From positions 74,338,001 to 74,402,000 of the forward strand of contig NC_042997.1 of assembly GCF_006345805.1 (NCBI RefSeq): a stretch of DNA of 64,000 nt. The letters run 5' to 3'. The translations under genes were made by a program, and so were the position numbers. The stretch comes from Octopus sinensis (Eukaryota). Under the pieces are notes generated by a model that saw only the letters and a program-made list of their open reading frames with translations, was not told where the DNA came from and searched no databases. Below are positions 25,991 through 39,650 of this stretch, piece by piece (positions within the stretch are counted from its first letter, which is position 1; each line of letters opens with the position of its first letter).

Positions 25991-27040
25991 GATTTTGTTT
26001 CAACTAGTTAACTACAAATATTTCAAATAAATCTGTTATGAAACGTCCATTTTCTACTGTTAATCCTAATTATACTTTTACTGTTATTTACACACTAGCA
26101 TATAATAATATTATGTGTCCTTTTAGATTGTTCCTGGATTCTATTTCCTGTACTTCTTTTCATCTTATTTTATCCTATCCTACTTTATTCCACCTTCTTT
26201 ATTCAATTACTATTTATTTGTTTATTTATTAATGAACTATAGTTTTAGTTCATTGTTTCCACTTATAAATTATGTAATTGTAAAATTATCTCAACTCCTA
26301 TAATCACTAATGCAGTATCGTAATTTAGTGTGAATCAGTATAAATGTGAATATTGTTTCCCTGTATGCATTTTGTGTGAGGGTAAGTACTAGGCATTGTG
26401 ACAATATGATTATAATCATTTTGTTTAATTAACTAATTATTCTTCTTCTGCTATTATATTACTTTGAAATTAGAGCTTTGTGCTATACTGTATGTGTATG
26501 TGTGCTCATGTGCAAATGTGAGTATGATAAATATTGCTAATACTCACATATGAATGTATGAATGTGAAGGCTAATGTACTTGTGACTATTTATATAATGG
26601 GGATATATGTATATGTGTTTACTATATCAATGTTCTTGAAAATAGCTGCCATCCCTCAAAACCAGCAGTGCGTGAAGTTCCAACAACTCAAGCCATTTCT
26701 ATCTCTGAACATTATTTTAAAACTTATTTTGTTCTCCCTGTATGTCTCTTTCTTTCTACTGACCATGTATTTTCATTATTTATTTATTTATTCTATTGCT
26801 CATCTAAATTAATGGTCACTCAAGCTTTCTTTGAAAAATACTTCTATCTTAGTGCCCATATTTTCCTTCAAAGCCAATTTATTCAATAAACCTATTTTAT
26901 TTACTTTTATATTTTTCTTATTATTTGAATTGTTTAAAAAAAATTTTTTTTTACTCTACTGCATTTATCTACTGATTCTTTTTGCTTAAAGTAAACCATA
27001 AATCATAGTGAGTACACCTACCATCTGTACATACATACAT

Positions 27041-27112
<72 letters not shown>

Positions 27113-27189
27113 TATATAAAACAACTTGCTCAGTTGTAGAGTTGATGTTTTCAACTACAATGAATCGTTTGTGATTGTTACCTGCATCG

Positions 27190-27530
27190 CTTTACTGGCA
27201 CTTGTGCTGGTGGCACATGAAAAAACATTCAAGCGAGGTCGTTTCCAGTGCCACTGGACTGGCTCCTGTGCAAGTGGCATATAAAAAGCACCATTTGAGC
27301 GTAGTCATTGCCAGTATCACCTGACTGGCCTTCGTGCCGGTGGCACGTAAAAGCACCCACTACACTCTCGGAGTGGTTGGTGTTAGGAAGGGCATCCAGC
27401 AGTAGAAACTCTGCCAGATCAGATTGGAGTCTGGTGCAGCCATCTGGATCGCCAAACCTCAGTCAAATCATCCAACCCATGCTAGCATGAAAAGCAGACG
27501 TTAAATGATGATAATGATGATGATGATGAT
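27190..27530 (+). mobile_element. RTE 3'-UTR-derived repeat with (GAT)n tail
   Basis: gtgccggtggcacgtaaaagcacccactacactctcggagtggttgg...catgctagcatg. Confidence 0.88.
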
Positions 27531-27715
27531 CAGCTTGTTAGTTTTCTTCTCAGCACCCTTGCATGGGTATTTATACACACATATATTTATTTATTTATGT
27601 ATATTCATATGTACACTTTATATACATGTTAATGCTGATGTGTTATCTATCATATAACTAACAAGATTATGAAACAGATGTCAACGAATGGAATAAACAT
27701 CTACTCTCCCACTTG

Positions 27716-27753
<38 letters not shown>

Positions 27754-28211
27754 TGCATATTTATACTTAATACATTTAGAGACATTCAGAAGCAAAATAT
27801 GCTATTTGCTGTAATAAAAAAAATCTTCTTACTTTTATGACGATAGTGTGTTCAGCATACATGACTCATTGTTGCAGAGAATACTGGGACACCAGTGTTT
27901 TGACATGTGTCTCATCAGCCAGAAGGACTCCAGACCTTTGAGCCTAGCCAAGAAGCTCACCTTTGTTTATATTTTCAGTAAACAAAATGCTTATATCTGC
28001 CAATTAATATAAAATCATTTGCACTGTGTACAGTGAGATCTAGAACAAATATTTGCATATTTATTCTTAATATGTTTAGGTGGGTTCATATGTAAAATAT
28101 GCTAGTCTCTGTAATATAAAGGAGAAAAGCTCTCTTTTATGATGATAGTGTGTTCAGCACACTTGACTCATTAGGGTAGAGGATAAAAGTATAAATAAAG
28201 GTCAGCTGCTA

Positions 28212-29045
28212 TCATCCAAATGCATTACATCCCTGCCAATGCAGTCGTATCTCTTACCTATGACATCTGATTTCTTATAAACCCAAGTTTTCCCTCAGCT
28301 TATCTGTGCCATGTCACTTGTGCACTCTAACATTACACATCCAGCAGAACATGCCTTATTTCTTCTCAGCCTTTGTATATCATCTGCATTCAATACCCAC
28401 ACCTCATTATCACACATCACACTTCATATTAAAGTCATCATCATTATCATCATCATTTAACATTCATCTTCCATACTGGTATGGAGCTGGTGAGCCAGAG
28501 AGCTGAACAAGACTCCATTGTCTGCTTTGGTATGGTTTCTATGGCAGGATATCCTTCCTAATCCCTGCTTGAAGAGAGTATTACCCTTGTCAACAGAGGT
28601 AATACTATCCCAAACTTTCTCCACCCTGTTCTAATTTTGGCTACTATGCATTCAGAGCATCTTTTTCCACAGTTAATTAGGTCATCTAGATAACAAATTT
28701 TCAACTACTTCTATGGAACCTTCCAAGCACTGAAAAGAATTTATTATACTAGTGTTCTCCAAACTTCTGTACATCTGCCACATCCAAAGTAGTCTTTATT
28801 CACTATTAGTCTACCTGTGATCCCAACACACCCATAGATTACATCATGCACACTGTATGGAACTCCTACCAACACCTTTTCTGTATATCAGGTGCAACCA
28901 TTTCCCTGGTAACAACAGCATGGAGTCATTTTCCCTCTAACAAAAATCTAGGTTCTGCCAAGTTTAATCTGAGGCCTTTTGATTCTAGGATTTGTTTACA
29001 CACACTCATTCCTGCTCTCATGTTTTTCCTGTTGGTATCAGCTTG
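28212..29045 (-). mobile_element. Cluster of degraded RTE fragments and a tail
   Basis: Reverse-strand RT C-terminal remnants and a (CAT)n tail near 28435. Confidence 0.65.
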
Positions 29046-31024
29046 CAACACATGCTTGTGCACATACACACATTAAGTGGTTCAAAAAGTGCTGGGGTGA
29101 AGCTTGCTCCAGCTTCAACAACTTTATGCAAAACTGCTTCAGTAACAAACATCTCTCTTTAAAGAAATGGCTTACCTTCATGATGCTAATTAATCTCAAA
29201 ACACTGAGAACCAAGCCAAAGTCAGCCATAAGAGAGACTGAAAATTTTCATACACCTCCATATATAGATGATTCAACAGAAGCAACTGTGGAATATATTC
29301 AACTTAATAATATTTTGAAATCACAGTTCACAAAATATTTTTCTACTTTCCAAACTGTATTTGAACAACAGTGCTTTAATGTTGTAAGTTATCGATGATG
29401 TAGTTAGAGAAGATATGGAATCATATGTTGTTATATTAACTGGACAATTAATAGCTTCACATACACAACTGCCATCACTCTCAAAGAACACCTAGGAGGA
29501 ATCTACTGTATACATGATAATGGAATTACTAAATGGGAAACAAAACTTGAAGAAAACATCAACAATATGTGCCACCATATTGAATGATTAACCATGACAA
29601 TAAAATGGAAGAAGAATAATAGGTTCACACCTCATCAATTACATCTTATACAATAATTAACAAAATTCTATAGCAGCTCTTGAGGGAAAGATAATTACTG
29701 TAAAGTACAAACTCAGGATGCTGAGTGAAAAACTTTGATATAGAAACATTTTTGAGTGAAACAATTTAAATCACAAGTTTGCTTCCAACTCACAGGAAAT
29801 ATACAGGGAGATAAGGAAGGAAAACATTATAAGTAAGTCCACTCTCAAAAAGACCTTGAATCATTCTAGTTTAACTCTGGAATGAAAATAAAAATTTCAT
29901 ACAATTAACCCCAAAACTTTCACTATAGCTGTAGGAACTATATAACAGGAAGGTACCTGGAAGAGACAACAGTTGGATGCTGACTTTACAGAAATCCATT
30001 AATATGCATATTCAAAATAATGATGGAAGGCTAAAATGATATACTAAATTGGCTTGCAAGAATAAAACCACTAAATTGGCAGAAAACTATATGCTCATTT
30101 CTTGCTTAAACATTATGCCTAAGCTGTACATAAGCTGCTTTGACCAATTTCTCTAATGTCACTGTGAGTCCAACAACATAGTAACTGAAAGAAGGGAACA
30201 ATTTTTGATAAAAAAAAGTTGTATTGTCAGAAGTAGAAAACACTGCAGAAACCTTGTGACAATATGACCTGATTATAAGAAAGCATTCGAATCATGGCTG
30301 CTGAAGTCTCTACATTGGGCAAAAGTACTTGCTATCTTAGTTGCTGCCATTGAGAGGTGTCTCTGATGTTATAAATATTTCCAAGGGTAATATTTATAAC
30401 ATCAGGGAAATATTTATAACATCCCTCATTCCCACCCTCTCACTCAATTTTCATTGGTTAGTTGATTCTAAGATATCATGTTGAAAATTAGCAAATAGTT
30501 TTCAGTTTCTCCTCTGGAGGTCTTACACAACACATCAAAATTAAAACAACTAACCAAACTGGTTTATTTTTATATTTATTTTATTCTTATTCTTCAACCT
30601 TCTTAATTATTGTTATTATTGTTGCTTCCCCTTACATATATATGACAATATTTAAATTAGTCAAATTTCCTCTAGTTCTTGAGTCCTTCACTTTCAATTT
30701 ATCTCTCTGTCTTGAATTCTCACTCCCATCTAACAATCTGTTGATCTCTCCTACAAGTCCAACTTTCAATTTCTATCATAATATTTAATTTCACCCTCAC
30801 CCAATCTCTATACACTTCTACAGGTACTTTAATTTCAGTCAAAATTTCCAATACAATTCAACTTTCCTAGAAATCTTCATGCCAATTTTAATAAATCCTG
30901 TTTTCAATCACCACCACCTTGAAGGGGGTTTGAGTGATTGAACATATATTTATGCATATATGTATTTATGACAATGCATATAGATAAACAGAGAGTGCAC
31001 CTGTGCACATGACATGTTGAAGCA

Positions 31025-32531
31025 CCACTGATGCTATTTTCATAGTCAGGTAACTGCAAGAAGTATTTAGCTAAGAACAAGTCATTGTACTTGGCATTTG
31101 TTGATGTAGAGAAAGCCTTTGATGGAGTACCTTGCTCTGTGATATGGTGGAACCTGAGGAAGCTAAGGATAGATGAATGGTTTGTGAAAGCAGTGGAGGG
31201 GTGCTGTTAGTAAGGTAAGAGATGGCAACCAGGTACACTGATGAATTTATTGTAGAGGTATGTATCCACCAAGGGTCAGTCTTCAGCCTCTCCTACTCAT
31301 CATTGTCCTCCAGGCCATAATAGAGAAATTTAAGACTGGAAGCTCATGGGAACTCTTATATGCTGATGATCTTGCCCTCATAGGGGAATAGAATTAGAAA
31401 AAAAATTCCAGGCATGGAAAGAGAACCTGGAATCAAGGGGTTTAAAGTAAACAAAACAAAGACCAAGGTAACTAAGAAATCAGACAGGATCCTTCAACCA
31501 TCAGGTAAATGGTCCTGCTTGATATGTAGGAAGAGTGTCAGTAGAAATTCCATTTGGTGTACCCAGTACAAGCTATGGACATATAAGAGGTGCAGTGGAT
31601 TAGTTGGAAGATGAACAGAGAAAGTAGTGCTTGTATGTGAAAGATGTACAGGAGCCATAAAGACTACAAATACATGGGAAACTGATTTTCTTAAATGTCC
31701 CAGTAGCTCTCTGAAAGCTGGAGATAGTTTTTGTTGCCCAGGTGACCTAATTAGCAGTGGAGGAAGTTGTATAGAAAGTGTAATTGCTAGAATAAGAATA
31801 GGATGGGGAAAGTCCAGAGAGCTTTTACCTCTGTTAGCAACAAAAGGTCTCTGTCTCCAAGTGAAGGGAAGATTGCATGATGCATATGTACAAACTGTGA
31901 TGCTGTATAGTAGTGAGACTTGGGTCCTGAATGCAGAGGACATGCAAAGGCTAGAGAGGAATGAAGCTGGTATGTGCAATGTCAGTGTACATTTGTGACA
32001 GAGTATTGGTATACTGAGGGAGAAGTTGGGCATAAGAGGAATTATATGCAGTGTGCAAGAGAGGAGACTATGTTGGTTTGGTCACATGATGTGGGTGGAT
32101 GAGGACAATTGCATAAAGAAGTACTGACCACTTAAAGGGGAGTGAAGTTGTGGAAGACATGAGATGAAGTGCTGAAGGCCAATCTCAAAATGCTGAATCT
32201 TATGGAGAAGACAGAGGAATGAGATTGTGGTGCATTGCTGCACTTGAGATCATTACTGCAACAAAACTGAGACCCTAAAATCAAGGTGCCATGTAAAAAG
32301 CAGTGATGCTGGTGTCATTAAAATGCAGCTGTGAGGGTACCACATAAAAAGCATCCACAACACTCTGCAGAGTGGTTGGCATTAGGAAAGATATTTGGCT
32401 ATAGAAATCAAGCCAAAAGAGGCTGTGGAACTTGATACAGCCCCTGGCCTTACTAGTTCCTGTCAAGCCATCCAACTCATGCCAGCATGGAAAATGGATG
32501 TTATATAATGATGATAATGATGATGATGATG
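31025..32531 (+). mobile_element. Degraded RTE 3' fragment with UTR and (GAT)n tail
   Basis: KAFD, HQGSV, LLYADD, KGRLHDAYV..SSETW. Confidence 0.88.
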
Positions 32532-33927
32532 AAGAATATCCAGGGAGATGGTCTTTCTGTTACAAAAATTCAATGACTACTTCCTTGTCGATGCTAAAAA
32601 TGCTAACAATACCAAAAAACCACTGGAGTTAATATTTTCAGCTGACATAGGAATGGAGTTTAGCCAAAAGAAGTATTCATACTTGATTGCTGAACATGGA
32701 AAAATCAGCCCCTCAAACAGAAAACCTGTGCATCAACGGTCCCTTTATAGCTCATGGTCTACACAAAAAATGCTACAAATACTTAAGCAATGATGAAAAT
32801 ATCGTATGAAGATGCTGTGCATAATGACAGAGTGACCCAAGAATATTAAACCAAACTAAGAAAAATATGCTTTTACAACAAAACAATATATTACAATGCA
32901 TTTGCAGTACCAGTTCTGATTATAATATTTGGAATAATTGAGTGATCTGTGGAAGAAATTCAGTTCATAGGCATTAAAACAGTAAGATCCTGACATATCT
33001 GAAAAACATCCACAGAAACAGTTATACCGACAAACTCTGCATGAGAAGAGGTAAAGGAGTTAGAGGCTTGAGATCAATGAAAACAGCCTTTGAATGCTTT
33101 ATAGTTTCTCCCAGACAACAGCAATTAGACAACAGCAGTAAAAATGAATATATAAATCTAGTGCAAAAAGAACATCTTATATGTTGGCAATGAGTTCCTC
33201 AGAAAAGCACTCTCTTCCAGATGACCTCAAATACAACCCCAAAGCAGCTGGACTAACATATCTCAAAGAAGGCCTGGATGTGAAATGTTCAGCATGCCAA
33301 AAATAGGCTATGTATGAGTATGACTTGAAGATGTCAGTACTGCCAACATGAAGTGCAACTTCTTTTGGACTAAATACTGTTACATCACATTCCTCTTCAA
33401 AGGTTATGTATTTGTAATCTAAGAGCAGGAGGATGATACAAAAACCCAATAAACAAAAGTGAAGCTCTTGGAGCCCCAAAATGCAACTGAAAAATATAGA
33501 TTATGTCACATTTCTGTGGAAGACACCACACACATAATCAGCAGCTGTCCCAAAATGTCATCAATCTACTCCCTCTTAATGTGACACAACATTGTTGCTA
33601 AAATATTATATAATGCCCTCTGAAAACAAAAAAAAACTGTCCTGGGATAAACACAGAGACCCTTCCCTTTTTTATTAAATACATACATAAACATCAACAC
33701 AAGGGATATTGATGGAACATTACTTTCAAAACTTCTGCCAACTGCTAACATAATAGGTCAAGTATTGTTATTTAGGACAGACAAGAAAACGTATGTGCCA
33801 TCAAAGAGCTCAGCTGCCCTGCTGAGGTGAATATCTCTCCAAAAATCAAAGAGAAAGAGGATAACTGTTTAGAAACCTCCAGCTGCTATATAGGCAGATT
33901 ATAAATTCCAATTTATACCAATAATAA

Positions 33928-36106
33928 CACAATGTAACACATGTTTTGTTTATTTGTATTTTTTGATGTTCATATATGCACTTTTGCCATTAAATTCAAA
34001 AATCACATTCGTTTTGACATAACATCGATATTTATTTATTCCTAATTTCATATTTGCTCATTATATTTGTAACTTATCTCTACAGCACTTTGTTGGTTCA
34101 ATCTATTCTAGTATTGTAAGGATAATTACACAACATTTAGTATTTTTTCATATATTGAAAGATATTTAGGATGTATAATATTAGAAGAAAATGAAACAAT
34201 AAAACTTTGCACTGTAAATGCCTTGATAACTCTTTTCTTAAGATGAGAAGTGCTTTGACGATCGAGATTTTCTGGAGTGTACACCTTCATCTCTTCTGAC
34301 TAGAGACCATATATAATCTCCCATCATAGCAGTATCCCATTGTCCTTGGTATCTTCTTTCCATAGTTGCGATGTCCTGATGAAATCTCTCACCATGCTCC
34401 TCACTGACATCACCCAAGGTGAGAGTGCAAAAAATTAACCTTTTAGGACATACGACAACCCATTTTCTTGAAGTTTTCAATAAGCTTTTCTACCAGCTGT
34501 TTGTAATTAGGATCCTTGTGATTTCCTAGGAATCCAACTACATCACAAAATGCACACCAAGTTTCTTTTTCAGCTTTTGTAATTGCTCTTTCCAGTTTCT
34601 TCGACTTTAACCTTGCATTTACTTGGGGCCCAACAAATATGCCACCCTTGATCTTAACCTCAGATAGCTTTGGAAACATAAGATAAATTTCTTGAAAAGC
34701 TTCTCCTCTAAAATCTAAGGCCTTCACAAACTGTTTTACCAATCCGAGTTTGATATGAAGTGGGGGTAATAAGATTTCGTTGGAATCTACCAGAGGCTGT
34801 TTGAGAACAACATTTAACATTCCTGGCTGCAGTTCCACTCGTGGGGGGGGAGGGCAATGTGCTCTCTTGTAATGATCATCATCAGCTCTACTGTCCCATA
34901 AGCAAAGGAAACATGAATACTTTGTGTATCCCCCTTGCAAGCCAAGCAAGAAGGCAAGCATCTTGAAATCACCACAAACATCCCACTTGAACTCAGTGTA
35001 ATTTATTTTGTCAAGAAGTCCTTTGACATTATCATAATTTTCTTTTTTCTGTGTGGAGTGTGCAAGAAGCAAAGAAGGATATTTATTTCCATTGTGGAGC
35101 AACACTGCTTTGAGACTTCGTGTTGAGTTATCTATGAACAGTCGCCATTCTGCAGAATCATGCTTGTGTCCTATAGCAGTAAACAAACCAATCACATCTT
35201 TACAATAATACAGATCATTAATATTTTCATAGTAAATTTCAAATTCTTCATGGTGTTTCCAGTATATAGATGTCTTGCAGTCTTCCTCCAGTAGATTCCA
35301 TTCCTTCAACTTTGATGAAAGAAGTTCAACTCCTGACTTAGTAAGACCCAGATCTCTGATTAAATCATCTAGCTCACTCTGATTTGGAAAGTGAGGCTCC
35401 AAAGACATTCTTGGTACGAAAGCTTCCTCCATTTCTTGGCTGCTGCTACTTGTTGACTCTTCAGATGAAATATTTTCTGGTGGTAATGGTACTCGTAAAC
35501 TGTCTGGTGGTATGACTGGATACTGAAGAGCTTGTCTTCCTTTCACTTTTCTGTACTTTGTCACATTGATCATACAAAAGTAACAGTTATTGTGATGGTT
35601 CTTTGGCTCTCTCCATACCCTTGGAATGGCAAAAGGCATTGACCTTCCTGTATCACTTAACCATCCTTCTAGAGGAGATCGACAGCTTCCACATATCACA
35701 TGTGGGGCCCATGGTTTGTCCTTGTCACCCATGGGCATTCCGAAATAGAGTCTGTATGCTATCCACAATTTGGTACCTTTCACGATCTTATGTAATACCT
35801 GCTTTTTCCAATATAATAACCACACACATAGCAAAATGTATCTGGAGAATTTTTACATACTCTAGTAGCCATCCTGAAAGTAACAGAACTTAGTAATTAG
35901 TCTGAAAGAGAAAATTAGACATAAATTTAGTAGTGGAACATTATAACAATACCGAATATATAATAACATTGAAAGTTGACATATTTTTTTAACTGTTGAT
36001 GATACACAAAAAATAATTTCATTTTTGGAATAAGCAGAAAAAATGGATTGATAAACGATTAAAAAATTACAATAAACAAATTTTTTTTGAAAATTGTTAC
36101 GTTGTG
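33928..36106 (-). mobile_element. CMC-superfamily DNA transposon, Chapaev3-like, 2179 bp
   Basis: 12-bp TIR CACAA(T/C)GTAACA at 33928 and 36095-36106. Left flank TAA fits the TWA TSD of Chapaev3. The right TSD appears lost in a short deletion. Family assignment is from recalled motifs. Confidence 0.8.
34238..35872 (-). pseudogene. Chapaev3-like transposase with two frameshifts (near 35805 and 34460)
   Basis: MATRVCKNSPDTFCYVCG, DKDKPWAPHVICGSC, WREPKNH..CYFC, WRLFID, CGDFKM, CFLCLWDSR, LPPLHIKLG, SEEHGERFHQDI..RYQG. Confidence 0.85.
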
Positions 36107-36160
36107 CACTTGGTTTTGTGAATAAATGCCTAAGTGACAATCTGGATAAACTGAAATATT

Positions 36161-36373
36161 CTTTTCTACTCTAGGCACAAGGCCCAAAATTTTTGAGGAG
36201 GGGGTCAGTTAATCAGATTAACCCCAGTATGCAACTGGTACTTATTTTATCAACCCCGAAAGGATGAAAGACAAAGTCGACCTTGGCAGAATTTGAACTC
36301 AGAACGTAAAGACAGACGAAATACTGCTAAGCATTTCCCCTGACGTGCTAACATTTCTGCTAGCTTGCCGCCT
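36161..36373 (-). mobile_element. Short tRNA-derived (CORE-like) SINE with 18-bp TSD
   Basis: TSD tggataa(a/g)ctgaaatatt at 36143-36160 and 36374-36391. Head ggcggcaagctagcagaaatgttagc with B-box gttcaaatt. Confidence 0.9.
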
Positions 36374-36782
36374 TGGATAAGCTGAAATATTAAGCTAACT
36401 CAGATATTACAAATATAATTTGTAAGTGGGACAGTAAATATATGCAAGGCTTTTCTTGAGTTCAAAATGAGATTTTGTTTGAGTTATCTATATTCCAATG
36501 ATGGAGCTTTATATCTTTGTTAGAAACCAGCTTGTTCCTCAGTGGAAGAATTCAAATTATTAAAAATAGAAAAAAAAACATGCATATAAAATCTTTATAA
36601 TCATATACATTTATAGAGAAGTATATATTTTTGAATCAACTGATTAAAAAATAAAGATAAAGCCAACCCCATCAAGATTTGAACTCAGATTGCAGCAGTT
36701 CAAAACCAAAGCCTATAAAATTTGTAAGTCACTTCTAATTTTCATATTAGTAATTTTCAACAAATTTTAAATTCTCCTTTAC

Positions 36783-37016
36783 CTGTGATGAAGTTTCATT
36801 CAGCTTTTCTAATCCATTTTCTAACCTAATAATTTGTGCCTGCAGATTGAGGCTCTTTTCTCTCAGAAGATTTATATAGAGTTTAATTTGTTCCAAGAAA
36901 CTTTTGGGAGTTGTGTAGTTATAACGTCTTTCATTTTGCAGATATAAAACACTAATGTCATTTACAGTTTTGTGAGCATAAGCTAAAAATTTAGAAACAG
37001 CTTGACATTTTTCTTC
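36783..37016 (-). CDS. DNAH9/11/17: Dynein heavy chain exon (AAA4 lid to start of stalk coiled coil)
   Basis: Acceptor cttttgcAG, 234 nt, donor GTAAAG. EEKCQ...NERRYNYTTPKSFLEQIKLY...RLENGLEKLNETSSQ. NERRYNYTTPKSFLE is typical of DNAH9/11/17 and sea-urchin beta dynein. Confidence 0.96.
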
Positions 37017-37222
37017 CTGCAAAAGAGAGGGAAAACAGTACTTGTAAATTATGTTAATAAATAATATATTGATGTTCCTTAATATTTTTTCAACATTCAT
37101 TGTAATTAAAGGTCAAACCAATTGAAAGGGAGATGTAAAAATTATAAAAGGTTAATAGTGATCTTATTAACAACCCATTTAAGATATTTGGAAATATAAA
37201 AAAAAAACAACAAATTACTTAC

Positions 37223-37384
37223 ACTTAATAAATTGGCTTCTTGGAGGAATCTTTGGCTGACAGAAATCAAAGCTTCTTGTGGCCATTCATGGAACCAGTT
37301 GATGCTAGTACAATTTGTAATTGCAGGAAATTTCCGACTCCTCACTCGAAGAGTAGCACCAACAGGTGAGAAACACAAAACAAC
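37223..37384 (-). CDS. DNAH9/11/17: Dynein heavy chain exon (end of AAA4)
   Basis: Acceptor ttttttcAG, 162 nt, donor [60 protein letters not shown] directly continues RRNLK. Confidence 0.96.
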
Positions 37385-37742
37385 CTGAAAAAATACAAAA
37401 AAATTTAGCTGTTTAATGGTGGAATGCAAAGTATATAAAGCTACAAATAATAGCATGTAGATGGAAAAAGACTGCCTTTGGAGTGTGAATCCATATCTGT
37501 AAATATGACAGATGTCCCATCATGTTCTGTCATGTTTATAGAAGATACAGGTTCATGTCTTGCAGACAGCCTTCAACTTTTTCCATCTGCAAGGGATTAA
37601 TCTATATGCTGTTATTTATAGCTTTATCTACTTTGAGTTCCACCTTTCAAAATGATTAATTTCATATTTCACAAAGTTTTAAAATTCTTATGACATTATT
37701 TGTTTAACTTACTCCATCTCTATCAAACAAATGATGTATGTT

Positions 37743-37773
<31 letters not shown>

Positions 37774-37775
<2 letters not shown>

Positions 37776-37938
37776 CACTCTCGGAGTGGTTGGCGTTAGG
37801 AAGGGCATCCAGCTGTAGAAACACTGCCAGATCTGACTGGCCTGGTGCAGCCTTCGGGCTTGCCAGACCCCAGTTGAACCGTCCAACCCATGCTAGCATG
37901 GAAAGCGGACGTTAAACGATGATGATGATGATGATGAT
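37774..37938 (+). mobile_element. RTE 3' terminal fragment with (GAT)n tail
   Basis: Near-identical to the terminal part of the RTE at 7937-8100 (reverse complement). Confidence 0.92.
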
Positions 37939-37941
37939 ACA

Positions 37942-39240
37942 CAGGCATACCTTGACTTTAGTTGTTTTGATTGAAATCGTTTTCGATTATACGTAGGTTT
38001 TCAAAAATAATATATGGAAAAATAAAAATCAAGTAAAGTCATTTAACTTGACTTTACATCTGTCTGCCACAAATATTGGAATTGTAAAATCACCAGAAAA
38101 TCATTAAAAGCACATAAAATCATGTTACTGTAAAATAAATAAGAATAAAAGCATACAAAATCATATTAAAATACATACAGTAAATGTAAGATACACACCA
38201 TAAAGTAGTGTAGCTTAGTGAACGAAATCAGCTGTGTTGTCTTATTTATCAGTCTTTCACAGCTCATATTGCACTGTAGTTCCAATATCTATTGTTGGGC
38301 GTCATTGTTACTTGTGATTTCCGCAATTATTTTGAATTTAGATTTGTTTACATCTTTTTACTGGCTATTTCCTCATTTTCATTCATTTGTGACTTTATCT
38401 TTTTGCCCCCATGGCTCCTAAGAAAATTCATAGTGAAAGTGCTAAGTGTCATGCTATAATGCTGGAAGATAAACTGGCTATGATAAAACGCCATAAAAAA
38501 AGTGAAAAAGTGGTAGCAGTTGCACAATCTTTTGGGATGAGTTGGACAACTGTATCGACAATTGTACATAATGACAAAATTTTAGCACATATCAAATCTG
38601 AAGCCCAGGGATGAAGAACACAGTCTTCAATAAGACAAGACGCAAAATGTTTGAAGAAATGGAAAGTCTTCTTTCTCTTCGGATTGTTAGGTTGAATTGT
38701 CAGCGTACTACTATTAATCAAGAAATCATACAAGAGAAAGCGTTGTCTTTGTTTGAGGACCTTAAGAAAACATATCCAAATGAGAAAGATGTAGAGTTCA
38801 AGGCAAGTCAAGGATGGTTCATGAGGTTTAAGGAACAAAGAAGTTATCATTCCATTAAGAAGCAAGGTGAAAGTGCATCAGTTGACAAACAAGCAGCAGT
38901 GGAATTTCTTAATGCATTAAAGAAAATCATCAAAGAAAACGGGTTTCTTCCTGAACAGATTTTTAATGTAGAAGAAACTGGATTGTATTGGAAAAAAATT
39001 GCCAAGTCATTCATTCATTTCCAAGAAATAGAAAACTATTCCAAGCTACAAGATCTCAAAAGAATGTGTGACCATTATGTTGGGAGGTAATTGTGCAGGA
39101 GATTTTAAGTTAAAGCCATTGCACACAACCCCCATACCCTGAAGAACATACCCAAGGTATCTCACCTTGTAATATGGATGACTAATTCAAAAGCATGGAT
39201 TACTGTTGGTGTTTTTGAAGATTGGTTCTTCAATGCAGAA
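37942..39240 (+). mobile_element. Tigger/pogo transposon, 5' half, degraded
   Basis: Terminus CAGGCATACC. CENP-B-like HTH ORFs 38411-39090 (IQEKAL, FKASQGWFMRFK, EQIFNVEETGLYWK). Confidence 0.88.
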
Positions 39241-39494
39241 TTGTCGGATTAATACAGTAGGGTGTTTTGAGGGAGATTTGGCTGCAATTTCTATCAGGTC
39301 TACCTACCATGTAGACATGTGAACTTCATTTTCACTCACAGATTTGCATTTCAAAAATTTCACATAATCTTTTCCATAAATCAACTATCGTAAAACTTTT
39401 CTACCAAGACCTCACATTTTCTATGTATGTGTGTGTATCTTAAAAGACGTGATTAGACAGAGGTCCATCAGCCGCTGGTCAAGATGTTCTTATA

Positions 39495-39650
39495 ACTTCA
39501 ATGTCCCTCACTCCCTCCGACATGATCTACAAGTTTAAGTGGCTTCAATTTCCTATCAAACTCTACTTTGCAATGACAATAAATAAGGCACAGGGTCAAT
39601 CATTGCAAATTGTTGGTTTCAATCTCACAGAGCAAGTGTTCTCCCATGGT
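39495..39650 (+). mobile_element. Helitron PIF1-helicase C-terminal fragment
   Basis: LQFPIKLYFAMTINKAQGQSL..VG..L...VFSHG. Confidence 0.85.

Larger units (their letters stand above)
29400..36440 (+). mobile_element. Fragmented R4/Dong-like non-LTR element hosting nested RTE, Chapaev3 and SINE insertions
   Basis: DYKKAF (about 30275), IFQGD.LSV (32532), DIGMEF, EDTTHIISSCPKM, ELSCPAEVNI, then FIPII...GALGFVNKCLSDNLDKL across the Chapaev3 insert. Confidence 0.75.

Noticed and set aside
29038-29229. Possible dynein exon ending in a GTAAG donor near 29170
   Set aside because: No frame resembles the expected stalk sequence.
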